This document shows positions 1 through 9,069 of a stretch of 13,825 nt of DNA, one piece after another. The number at the start of each line of letters is the position of its first letter. Position 1 is the first letter of the stretch. The stretch lies in NCBI RefSeq assembly GCF_006345805.1, contig NW_021825967.1:1-13825 (forward strand), written 5' to 3'. Both the position numbers and the translations under genes were made by a program. The notes beneath the pieces are model-generated. The model had not been told where the DNA came from. It saw only the letters and a list, made by a program, of their open reading frames with translations, and did not search any database. This DNA is from Octopus sinensis (taxonomy: Eukaryota).

Positions 1-261
1 CCTTATGATTCAAGGAGTTTTACGCTTCCCGCAGTATTCAGGTTAAATATATATATTATAATATATATTATAATTGCCAGTATTTACGACATTTGTTTTC
101 ACGATAGAATTATCAATAGAGGTACATATAATTGTAGCAGTCATGGAACCGGAAGCAGTCTCATATCAGGTGATTCCTTCCATGTAAAATCATCAACATC
201 TTTTCCAGACAACCGATGTCGCAATAGCTTGTATACCAATAAAAAACTAATTATTTGCTAC

Positions 262-272
262 ATATATGTAAA

Positions 273-332
<60 letters not shown>

Positions 333-457
333 GTGTGTATGTATGAATGTAGAGTATGTGTGTATAGGTATGTATGTATGTATGGATGTATATATATATA
401 TATATATATATTAAAATATATAATAAATTTATATATATATATATTATATAATATATA
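262..457. repeat. Compound (AT)n/(ATGT)n microsatellite
   Basis: Visible dinucleotide and tetranucleotide arrays; source of the YIYI ORFs at 229-511. Confidence 0.97.
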
Positions 458-598
458 GGGAGAGTTTACGGAGGAAAAAACAAAGACGAAGACAGGTGGT
501 GTACAAAACAAACAGATGTATTAGTATAACGCTCAGGGAATAGAAATAGTCTTTTACGTTTCGAGCTCTACGCTCTTCTACAGAAAGGAACACAGAAA
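458..598 (-). mobile_element. Short repeat fragment embedded in (TA)n, carrying a hammerhead-like motif; probable Penelope-like element (PLE) or retrozyme-type remnant
   Basis: 141-bp complex island flanked on both sides by (TA)n. The minus strand contains CTGTAGA-A-GAGC-GTAGA-GCTC-GAAAC-GTA, the minimal hammerhead architecture known from PLE termini. Family assignment is inference. Confidence 0.55.
551..587 (-). ncRNA. Minimal type I hammerhead ribozyme-like motif (A6U variant, extra A after A9)
   Basis: Minus strand reads CUUU CUGUAGA A GAGC guaga GCUC GAAA C GU A AAAG. Stem I is CUUU/AAAG, stem II is GAGC/GCUC, stem III is the palindromic ACGU, and the cleavage triplet is GUA. Activity is not shown. 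Confidence 0.5.
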
Positions 599-617
599 TA
601 TATATATATATATATAC
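599..617. repeat. (TA)n microsatellite
   Basis: Visible directly. Confidence 0.95.
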
Positions 618-1261
618 ATTTCGATTTTGGATTTGATTTGTAAGATTCTTTATGTGAGTTCGTGTGTTGAAACATATTCTGTGTGTGGGGGGAGAGTCAT
701 TTCCTTTTTGTGATTTATAATTTATAATTTTTATAAAGAAATAAGGAATAAGTGGAAATTTTAACGGTATAAAGAAGAGAGAGAAATTGTGAAGCCTAGA
801 GGAATGGGAAATAGTCTATTTATTGAAACAAGCGGGAGGACATATGCGTCTGTCGAATCGGTGTTAGAGGTAGATCCATAACTAAAACTACAAACATATA
901 TCAGTAATGAAAATTGCGAATTATTATATATAAACGAGAAGAAAGTATTAAATACGAAGTGTGTCTCATAAATGATATTGCATTTAATTTCTTAATTATA
1001 TTTCCGTGATAATTCCTTAATTTGAAAATTAAGAAATGTAGTGAAATCAAAAAGCAAATAAATATTTCCCCAATTGCAAATATTCTAGAAATAGTGGGAT
1101 TCTTTGTATTCTCCTTTTTCGGTTTACTGCCTTATTTGGCAGTAAATGAGATTATATGATAATTGTGAATAATATAATTAATAACACCAAGGTTCGGTAG
1201 TATGAATGTTGATTCTGATGGTAGCCAGCGGGTAACCATTACTAGTCTTGTTGTACTAAAC

Positions 1262-1883
1262 TGTTTTTGTTTTTATTGTTTCTGTTTTGTTGTTTTCTTC
1301 ATCTTAATATTTTCTTTCTTTCTTCGTTCTGTTTTGCTTCAATCTTTACTCTTCCTTCTTTATTTTATTTTATTTTATTTTATTTATTTCTATTTTGTAC
1401 TATTTCCCCTCCTTTTTCTACTTTCTTCTTCGCTACATTATTATTCATCTTTTCTTCTACTCACTACATCTTCTTCTTTTTCCTCCTCCCCTCCTCCTCT
1501 CCTCCTCCTCTTCTTCTTCTTCTTCTCTACTACTAATACTATACACTGACTATACTACTACTACTATTACTACTTCTCCTTCTCCTCCTCCTCCTCCTGT
1601 CTTCTTTTTCTCCATTCTTATTCTGTTGCTGCTACTGCTACTTCTTTGCTTCTTTTCTTTTTCTCATTCTTCTTCTTCTTCGTCTGCTGCTACTGCGGCT
1701 ACTGCCACTTCTTTACTCCATTTTTTTCTCATTCTTGTTTTCTTCTGCTGCTGTGCGGCTACTGTATTTCTTTGCTTCTTTTCTCTTTTCTTCTTCTTTT
1801 TTTGCTGCTTCTTCTTATACTTCTTCCTTTTCTCTCAGAACTACTACTCCTGCTGCAACAACAACAACTACTACTACTACTAC

Positions 1884-1928
<45 letters not shown>

Positions 1929-1945
1929 ATCTTTTTCTTCTTTCT
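1262..1945. repeat. Pyrimidine-rich trinucleotide mosaic (CTT/CTC/CTA/CTG) ending in (CAA)-(CTA)-(TAA)n
   Basis: Degenerate triplet arrays with a perfect (TAA)n at about 1884-1927; explains the F/L/S/T/N-rich ORFs. Confidence 0.95.
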
Positions 1946-2029
1946 TTTTAGCGCTAGTAGTGACTCAGGTATAGTGGAGACGGAAGCTGGTGATCTTCAG
2001 TGTTGTATTTAAAGTGTCACTGTGGTGTG

Positions 2030-2420
2030 AGGCGGCGGTGGCAGCAGCACTGGTGGCAGTACTGGTAGCGATGATAATGTTAGTGGTGGTGGTGATGGTG
2101 GTGGTGGTGGGCTGTTGCTGCCGGTGATGCTGCTGGTGATGCTGCTGCTGGTGGTGCTGGTGGCGGCGATAGTTTTGGTGTGATGGAGATGGTATTGGTG
2201 GCGGTGGCTATGGTAGCTGTGGCGATAATGATGGCATGGTAGTATACCAACATCACACCAACATTATCACCACTAGTATCACATCTCTATAATCACCACC
2301 AACAAACCAACACAATTACCCCATCACACCACATTATCACTAACAGCTCAACATTATCACGACCACAGTAATAATGGTAGTATGATGGTGGTGATAATGT
2401 TGAGGTGATGGTCACGATTA
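2030..2420. repeat. GGT/GAT/GCT low-complexity tract with a strand-flipped CAC-rich core (2246-2373)
   Basis: G-rich triplets switch to C/A-rich and back. ACATTATCAC occurs at 2261, 2331 and 2351, and its reverse complement at 2391. Confidence 0.85.
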
Positions 2421-2551
2421 AAGTGACGTAATACTATTGCTTGTGATAGGGATCATAAAAGTATTGGGATGATAATGTAGATTCAAGTAATAGAACATCT
2501 ATATTGAACATTTTTAATCCTACATCGTATTTGTGAACTAGTATGAAAATA

Positions 2552-3119
2552 TTGGGTTGTCCGGAAAGTTCGTGCCGATTTTTAAAAGAAAGAAAAAGGT
2601 TAATAAATACTTGCCATTACATTTTTAATCAACCAAATATGAACCCTTTTGTTGCACAATGCGTCTCCATCTTTCCTTTAACTTGAAAAACCCTCTTCCC
2701 AGAATTGGGGTGGTTTCATGGCAAAAAATTCATCAAGGTATCTTTTTACGTCATCCAAGGAATTGAAATTTTTACCATTAAGACTTTTCTGCAGAGACCT
2801 GAATAAGTGGAAATCCGAAGGAGCAATATCTGGTGAATATGGAGGGTGGGGGTAACACATCCCAGCCGAGCTGCAGCAATTTTTGTCTGGTTCCCAAAGC
2901 ATCAAGTGCCGAAAATGAACCTTCTTATCTTTCATTTTAAAGGGTTACAGAATTAACACAGGTTATAGGAACATAAACCTTCTTCCAGACAAAAAGATAG
3001 CTTAAACTGTGCTCTAAATGGAGGTGTAGTGAAATCCTATTTTATGGACTCAACCATGTTCTAAAATAAGTCGAAAGCTAAGCTACTTTAAATTGGCACG
3101 AAATTTACGGACAACCCAA
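2552..3119 (-). mobile_element. Non-autonomous, internally deleted mariner element (568 bp)
   Basis: TIRs TTGGGTTGTCCGGAAAGTTCGTGCCGATTT (2552-2581) and 3090-3119 match at 27/30. TA TSDs at 2550-2551 and 3120-3121. Transposase remnant inside. Confidence 0.96.
2625..2935 (-). pseudogene. Mariner (DD34D) transposase remnant: N-terminal 15 codons fused to the C-terminal region, with frameshifts
   Basis: MKDKKVHFRHLMLWE is joined to HPPYSPDIAPSDFHLFRSLQ. A shifted frame gives TRQKLLQLGWDVLP before YSPD, and KLKERWRRIVQQKGSYLVD* with its stop at 2625-2627. The motifs resemble the mellifera-type subfamily (inference). Confidence 0.93.
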
Positions 3120-3609
3120 TATTTTAAACGCGATGCTATACTTCAAAAATACAAATATGTTGTGTTCTTCCATTTCAGAAAACTACACCATACATCATTT
3201 TGAATTTGAATTCTGTTGAATGACCTCTGAAGATTTCATCTCTAATTAATCGCTTATATGTCAGTCAAAATCTTCATTCATAATATTTAATGAGGATTTC
3301 ATTTAAAAACTCTTTTTTGTATGAGACCCTAACTAGGTGCTATAAATATCCTGTTTGAAAACACTTTAAACACATGCCGGTTTTCAAATGTGGTTCTGTT
3401 TGATTTCTGATAGTCGACTTTTGACACCTTGTCTTTTTTGTTTTATTACCTTTCAGAAAGGATTTCTTAAGGTTGGTCTTGAACTCCTTTTCATTTGATC
3501 GCTTAGGATTTTCTTTGTGATCTGACGTTAATTGCAATAATCTCCCATTTTTGCAAAAGCTATACAGAAGAAAATCGTCGAAACCCCAAAATTTTCATTC
3601 TTTTATTTG

Positions 3610-3672
3610 TGTCATTTATTATTTTTATTATTATTATTATTATTATTATAATTATTATTATTATTATTATTA

Positions 3673-3705
<33 letters not shown>

Positions 3706-3760
3706 CATTATTATTATATTATTATTATTATTATATTATTTTATTATATTATTATTATTA

Positions 3761-3802
<42 letters not shown>

Positions 3803-3955
3803 TATATTATATTATTATCATATATTATCATTAATATCATTATTATTATTATTATTACTACTACTACTACTATTACTATTACTATTATTACTACTACTAT
3901 TACTACTACTACTACTACTACTACTACTATTATTATATCATCATCATCATCATCT
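3610..3955. repeat. Compound (ATT)n-(ACT)n-(ATC)n microsatellite
   Basis: Visible directly; source of the poly-Y/I/L/T ORFs. Confidence 0.97.
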
Positions 3956-4080
3956 TTGAATTTTGTTTCCATTTTTTGCCGAGTGTCTTCCCAACACCTA
4001 GGGCAAAGAAACTCACTGTATACATTGGTGCGCCATCAACATAAATACACCAGATTGTTCATTTACAAAGTCATGTGATA

Positions 4081-4160
4081 GGGAAAAGGGGGAAGAAAAA
4101 CAGAGAGAAAAAGGAAAAAAGGAAAAAAATTAAAAACGAAAGGGAAAAGGAAAGAAAAAT
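4081..4160. repeat. Purine-rich (GA) low-complexity tract
   Basis: Almost exclusively A/G on the plus strand. Confidence 0.8.
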
Positions 4161-4270
4161 TCACAGCGACAATGCTCTTCTCAATGCGTGTAACGTACAA
4201 GTTGAGACAATCTTTTGCACTTCCTACATGGATAGTAAGCCACGGATCATCCTCAAAAACCATCATTAGT

Positions 4271-4330
4271 ATTGTTGTTTTTGTTGCTGTTGTTGCTGTT
4301 GTTGTTGTTATCGTTGTCGTTGTTGTTGTC
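4271..4330. repeat. Imperfect (GTT)n microsatellite
   Basis: Visible directly. Confidence 0.9.
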
Positions 4331-4584
4331 AGTTTTGTATTCACACTCCTCCGCCTTTCAACCTCTTTTCAATGTCCAAGGATATTTGCTGATTTCAATA
4401 ACTAAAAAGAGTTTTTTTTTTGTAGGTTTGACGTCATGTAATCAAGTTAGAAGTGAGAGGATATATATTTTATTTTTTAATTATCATGTACATTGAAAGC
4501 TATAAAATGTTCTAAGTTTATAAAAATATGAACACTCATTGATCATAAATCATTTCACACGAACATATTTCACATAATATAAAT

Positions 4585-4798
4585 CGACGAGCTGGTACAA
4601 GTGCTATCGCTCCAAGCAAAATACTTAACGGCATTTCGTCTGTCTTTACGTTCTGAGTTCAAACGCCACTGCGATCGACTTTGACGTTCGTCCTTCTGAG
4701 GTCGATAAAATAAGTACCAATTGAGCACTTAGGTCGATGCAGTTGACTTAACCCAGCTCCGAATTCGCTGGCTTTGAGCTCAAATTTGAAACCATTAT
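4585..4798 (+). mobile_element. tRNA-derived SINE, family A (GGCGGCGAGCTGGCAGAA-type), diverged, near full length
   Basis: Colinear with copies at 10961 and 13693 (GAGCTGG...TTTACGTTCTGAGTTCAAA...GTCGATAAAATAAGTAC). B-box-like GAGTTCAAA present. Confidence 0.88.
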
Positions 4799-5513
4799 AT
4801 TTAATGTTCTATAACTGATTCATAAAAGGAAAGTAAGAAATTAATTATAATGGCCCATATTAATTATTTTCACGAGAGACATTTACATATCGGTGTGTGT
4901 GTGTGTTTTCTTTTTCCCCTTTTCATTTAGATTTAATTTCGACCGACCTCCTTCTTGGTAGCAAGGGGGTGAAGGTACGCATCTTGTTTTGCTCATCATC
5001 CTTTAAAGCTCACGAAGATCTTTCAGTTCTTTTTTCTTTATCTTATCTTAGATATCTTAATCCTTTGTAGTCTATGAATTAAGGAGTCGCAATATTTCCT
5101 TCAATAACCCAACTTTAGCCATATTTTGCTCCAGTTGATTTGGTAGATATATTGTTGCTCTAATAACAGGTATGATACTGAAAGTGTACCTTGAGTACTG
5201 AATTTGAAAACTCCTTATCCATGCTCCATAAAAGCTCTTTTTCTCTGCATTTTTTTACCACACTGCTGTCCAGATGGCACCAGATTTCCACAGCAGAACA
5301 TATTCTTTTCTTGTGGTCCCACGCAGCTAAATCTGACCAATTCTGCTTTAACTCAGCAGCTGTTTTGATTTCTAAGTTCTCCCCAATATTCTTTTGATCC
5401 ATTGGTCTCAATATAGTTAATTTTTTCTGTTGGCACGTTAATTTCCTTATTCTCTTCCAGAATGTTCTAGCTACTTCATCATTCCTCATGGAAGGGTAAT
5501 ATTTTAGAAGACA

Positions 5514-5575
5514 TTCAAATTCTGCCGAGGCAGACTTCCCCGAAATTGCTGGCCTTGTGCCAAAATTTGAAATCA
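5514..5575 (+). mobile_element. Family A SINE fragment with internal deletion
   Basis: TTCAAATTCTGCCGAGGCAGACTT (B-box region) is joined directly to CCCCGAAATTGCTGGCCTTGTGCCAAAATTTGAAATC, which matches the 3' end of the 4585 copy. Confidence 0.75.
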
Positions 5576-5722
5576 GAATTTTAAGAAACATCTCTCTGCT
5601 GCAGCTGACGATGCAACGATATGAGAGCGACCCGGTGTCTTGTGGGCTTCGAACCATTCAATCCTCATAACCATGTATGAAGAGATGGTTACCTTACAGA
5701 TTCTAAATGATTGATTACCATC

Positions 5723-5764
5723 TGTGTGTGTGTGTGTGTTGTGTGTGTGTGTGTGTGTGTGTGT
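5723..5764. repeat. (GT)n microsatellite
   Basis: Visible directly. Confidence 0.95.
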
Positions 5765-5885
5765 TTTGTGTTAGATATATAAAACTGAATTTGTAAAGTT
5801 TTCTCATTTATGCACCCAAACAGAAATACTCGTTTCTGCAACTTCAATGATGTGTTTAGTGGATACACTACATGAAAGGCACAAT

Positions 5886-6193
5886 GGAGGCGCAATGGCC
5901 CAGTGGTTAGGGTAGCGGACTCGCGGTTGGAGGATCGCGGTTTCGATTCCCAGACCGGGCGTTGTGTGTGTTTATTGAGTGAAAACACCTAAAAAGCTCC
6001 ACGACACTCCGGCAGAGGGTGGTGGCGACCCCTGTTGTACTCTTTCGCCCCAACTTTCTCTCACACTTTCTTCCTGTTTTTTGAGTAACGCTGCGGTGGA
6101 TTGGCGTCCCGTACATCTGCGGGGAACACATACTCCACCGAAACCGGGAAACCGGACCCATGAGCCTGGCTTGAAAAGGGCGATGTTTATCGT
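5886..6193 (+). mobile_element. tRNA-derived SINE, family B, full length
   Basis: A-box TGGCCCAGTGG (5896-5906) and B-box-like GTTTCGATTCCC (~5940-5951). Perfect 14-bp direct repeat TACACTACATGAAA at 5864-5877 and 6194-6207. The 3' part recurs at 9928-10019. Confidence 0.9.
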
Positions 6194-6325
6194 TACACTA
6201 CATGAAATTGAAGACCTACCAAAGCTAAAGGTGTGAGAGAATCACGGCACAATGTGTTGAAATGCATATCAATTGCGGCCTTTTTATGAAGAGGAATTTT
6301 ACTAGACTTTATTTCATCGGCTCCT

Positions 6326-6636
6326 GAAGGCACATGGTTTAGTGGATAGGGTATTCAGCTCACGATCGCAAGGTCGTGAGTTCAATTCCCTGCGACGCGT
6401 TGTGTCCCTGAGCAAGACACTTTATTTCACGTTGCTCCAGTCCACTCAGCCTGCAAAAATGAGTTGTCCCTATATTTCAAAGGCCCAGCCTTGTAACATT
6501 CTGTGTCACGATAAATCTCCGTGAGAAATATATTAAGGGTACGGGTGTCTGTGAACTTCTCAGCCTCTTCACGAGCAAGCTGTTCCGTTGATCCGATCAA
6601 CTGGAACACTCGTCGTGACCGGCGGACCGCAGTTCC
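6326..6636 (+). mobile_element. tRNA-derived CORE-type SINE, family C, full length
   Basis: A-box TGGTTTAGTGG (6335-6345) and B-box GTTCAATTCC (6380-6389). CORE-like TGTGTCCCTGAGCAAGACACTT...AAAAATGAGT (6401-6464). TSD TTTCATCGGC(T/C)CCT at 6312-6325 and 6637-6650 (13/14). Confidence 0.9.
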
Positions 6637-7123
6637 TTTCATCGGCCCCTAAATTCGACCTCCTCGTGTGAGGGAGCAAGATAATTATCATCAAACCGGA
6701 AACCTAGCAGGAATGCTTTCAACGGTGTGGACTGGTCTAAAAGCTATCAAAGTTCCAGTTAATGGAGTTAAACTGAGTGATAGATTAAATCTTCCACCCA
6801 AGTGGTTCATGGTAGGGTCTGAAATCTGTAGGCAAAGAGCCGGAACATATACCCAAAGGCGTCTGGTTCAATATTCTTACAGTTTTCGCCCCAATCCATC
6901 ATCTCCTTGCATTGGTAATTTTTTTTAGCCCTACCCCACCATACGGCCACCAAAGAAATAAAAGGCAATGTGAATTCGATAGCATTTGAAACCCGAATGA
7001 ATAGGTTCGAAACAGATCCCAAGAGGCATTCTATATGACCCTATAACGGCTCTGCTGATTCGCCGCCTATTACATTGCGTATGACAAGTTATGTAACATA
7101 ATGTAGACATAGATAGAAAATAG

Positions 7124-7203
7124 GTGTGTGTGTAGGAGCGTGCGTGTGTGTGTGTATGAGCACGTAAGTGTGTGCGCGTCTGTGTGCGTGTGGATGTGTG
7201 TGT
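7124..7203. repeat. Imperfect (GT)/(GC) dinucleotide array
   Basis: Visible directly. Confidence 0.9.
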
Positions 7204-7374
7204 AATGATTGATTCTGCAGCATTAGATGACAGCACCTCCCCTCCACACCCCAAAATATATAAGCAGTATTTTGTCGTTTCCTGAAGAATATCCAAACTT
7301 TTTAAATCTGTCCAAAGAAAGAAATCTTCATCTGATTTATTTTTCTGTCCACTTTCAGCAACATTTACTCCTAC

Positions 7375-7432
7375 ACAAACACACAAACACACATATAAAT
7401 GCATGTATATATATAAATACACACATATATAC

Positions 7433-7475
<43 letters not shown>

Positions 7476-7483
7476 CATGTATA

Positions 7484-7521
<38 letters not shown>

Positions 7522-7577
7522 TATACATATATATTATTATATATATATTATACACAAATATATATACATATATCATG

Positions 7578-7611
<34 letters not shown>

Positions 7612-7612
7612 A

Positions 7613-7663
<51 letters not shown>

Positions 7664-7713
7664 ATATATATATACATAATATTATATATACATGTATATA
7701 TTATATATATATT

Positions 7714-7780
<67 letters not shown>

Positions 7781-7815
7781 ATATGTATATATATATTTGT
7801 GTATTTATATATATA

Positions 7816-7878
<63 letters not shown>

Positions 7879-7911
7879 GAGTGTAGGTATGTATTATATG
7901 TATATATATAC
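7375..7911. repeat. Long imperfect (AT)n microsatellite (~540 bp)
   Basis: Visible directly; source of the YIYI ORFs at 7403-7942. Confidence 0.97.
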
Positions 7912-8384
7912 GCTATGGAGTGAAATCAGACTTTCATTTTGATAAATGTCCGTTTGTTTTGAGATTTTGCTTTTCTTGTTCCTATTTACAAATTTACTTT
8001 TGACTTTTGGGTTGGTTTTGTATTCTAGTTTCTTAAGACTGATTATCTCCTGGAAGGTGATTTCTAAATATGACCATATTAGGATAGTCTCTAACATTCC
8101 AGGCTGTCGCTCTCTGATTCTGAGCGGCCATACATAAGCAGCTTTCTCTTGCTATTTCTTTCTTTCTTTTTCTCTCTCTATATATCTCTTCTTATACCTG
8201 TCGCATTTTTTCACTCCTCAAACTTAGGCAATTTCAAAATATAAGATCGTTTTAAATCTCTTTCAGAATATCCTAATCCAATTGATCCGCTCACTAGACT
8301 ACGCTTTCCTCTACACGAATATATGCTTCAGTTAGAAACCTTACATTTGCTGATGTTGTTGCTGCTATTGTTGCTGCAATAGGG

Positions 8385-8480
8385 CCGATATAATAAGTAC
8401 TAGGTTTCAGAAATAAGTCCTGGAGCCGATTTTGTTCTGCTAAAACCCCCTCAATGACTGAAACAAGTAAAAGTAAAAGA
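8385..8480 (+). mobile_element. Family D SINE 3' fragment with internal deletion
   Basis: CCGATATAATAAGTACTAGG...AATAAGTCCTGG...ATGACTGAAACAAGTAAAAG matches 11770-11880 of the intact copy but lacks the GGCGGTGCTCCAGCATGGCC block. Confidence 0.82.
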
Positions 8481-8556
8481 TATATATATCTACATGTAAG
8501 TATGTATATATATGTGTATATGTCTATATATATATGTGTGTGTGTGTACACGCATA
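8481..8556. repeat. (AT)/(GT) microsatellite mosaic
   Basis: Visible directly. Confidence 0.9.
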
Positions 8557-9058
8557 TAAAAATATGTAAAAAGTAGATATTAGACAGACTAAACACGCTT
8601 GATCGCTTTATTTATACTCCAAATGTTACTTCTTCACTTCACCAGCAAATAATTGCCGAAATATTATTATTTTATAAATGCATTAAATTTATTACATTCC
8701 ATCCGTATTATTTCAGCAACTCTAGCGAATGAAGACTCTTCGAGTGCGAGCGGAAGATATTTGCTAAATTAAGCCATATTCCACAGAATAAATATCTAAT
8801 TCAGGTGTATGTTCGATGAGATATTGTGTAATTTAGTAAACAGCTTGCTTTCGTGCCGGAGGATCTTTCATTCGCCAGTGTTGCTGAAATAATACGAATG
8901 TAATGTAATGATGTAATGTAATAAACTTAATGTATTTATTATATAATAATATTCCGGCAATTATTTGCTAGTAATATGAAGGGGAAACAATTGTAGTATT
9001 ATGCAATAAAGCGTGTTTGTTCAATCCAATCTGTCTTGTTTACACATTTTTTTTTATT
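8557..9058. repeat. Long imperfect palindrome, foldback (MITE-like) element
   Basis: 8644-8700 versus the reverse complement of 8913-8969 is 51/57 ungapped; 8701-8733 versus 8867-8899 is 30/33. Weaker symmetry continues outward to ~8557/9058 and inward to a ~19-nt loop (8791-8809). Outer limits are approximate. Confidence 0.9.
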
Positions 9059-9069
9059 ATTTACTCTAG

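Noticed and set aside
618-775. Segment that resembles another octopus repeat by recollection, possibly with an internal inversion
   Set aside because: No second copy, TSD or diagnostic motif within the window to support it.
1123-1146. Perfect 9-bp hairpin TTTACTGCC-ttattt-GGCAGTAAA as a Helitron 3' hairpin or terminator
   Set aside because: No CTRR end follows, no other Helitron features, and such a stem can arise by chance in 14 kb.
3328-3372. CLKCFQTGYL on the minus strand as a decayed gag CCHC zinc knuckle
   Set aside because: His is replaced by Tyr, a stop follows, the last Cys is absent, and there is no LTR or other gag evidence.
3965-4265. Protein-like minus-strand snippets (FEDDPWLTIHVGSAKDCLNL; EFLCPRCWED) near a long pyrimidine tract
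   Set aside because: No consistent acceptor/donor pair keeps a frame and no family is recognised.
5644-5655. B-box-like GGTTCGAAGCCC on the minus strand
   Set aside because: No A-box or tRNA fold upstream.
5886-5960. tRNA-like heads here and at 6326, 10961, 11473 and 13693 as real tRNA genes
   Set aside because: They have A/B boxes but no complete cloverleaf or T-run terminator, and they continue into repeat bodies with TSDs, so they are SINE heads.
8040-8110. AWNVRD...FQE on the minus strand as a second APE endonuclease start
   Set aside because: The motifs lie in different frames and are too close together; likely chance.
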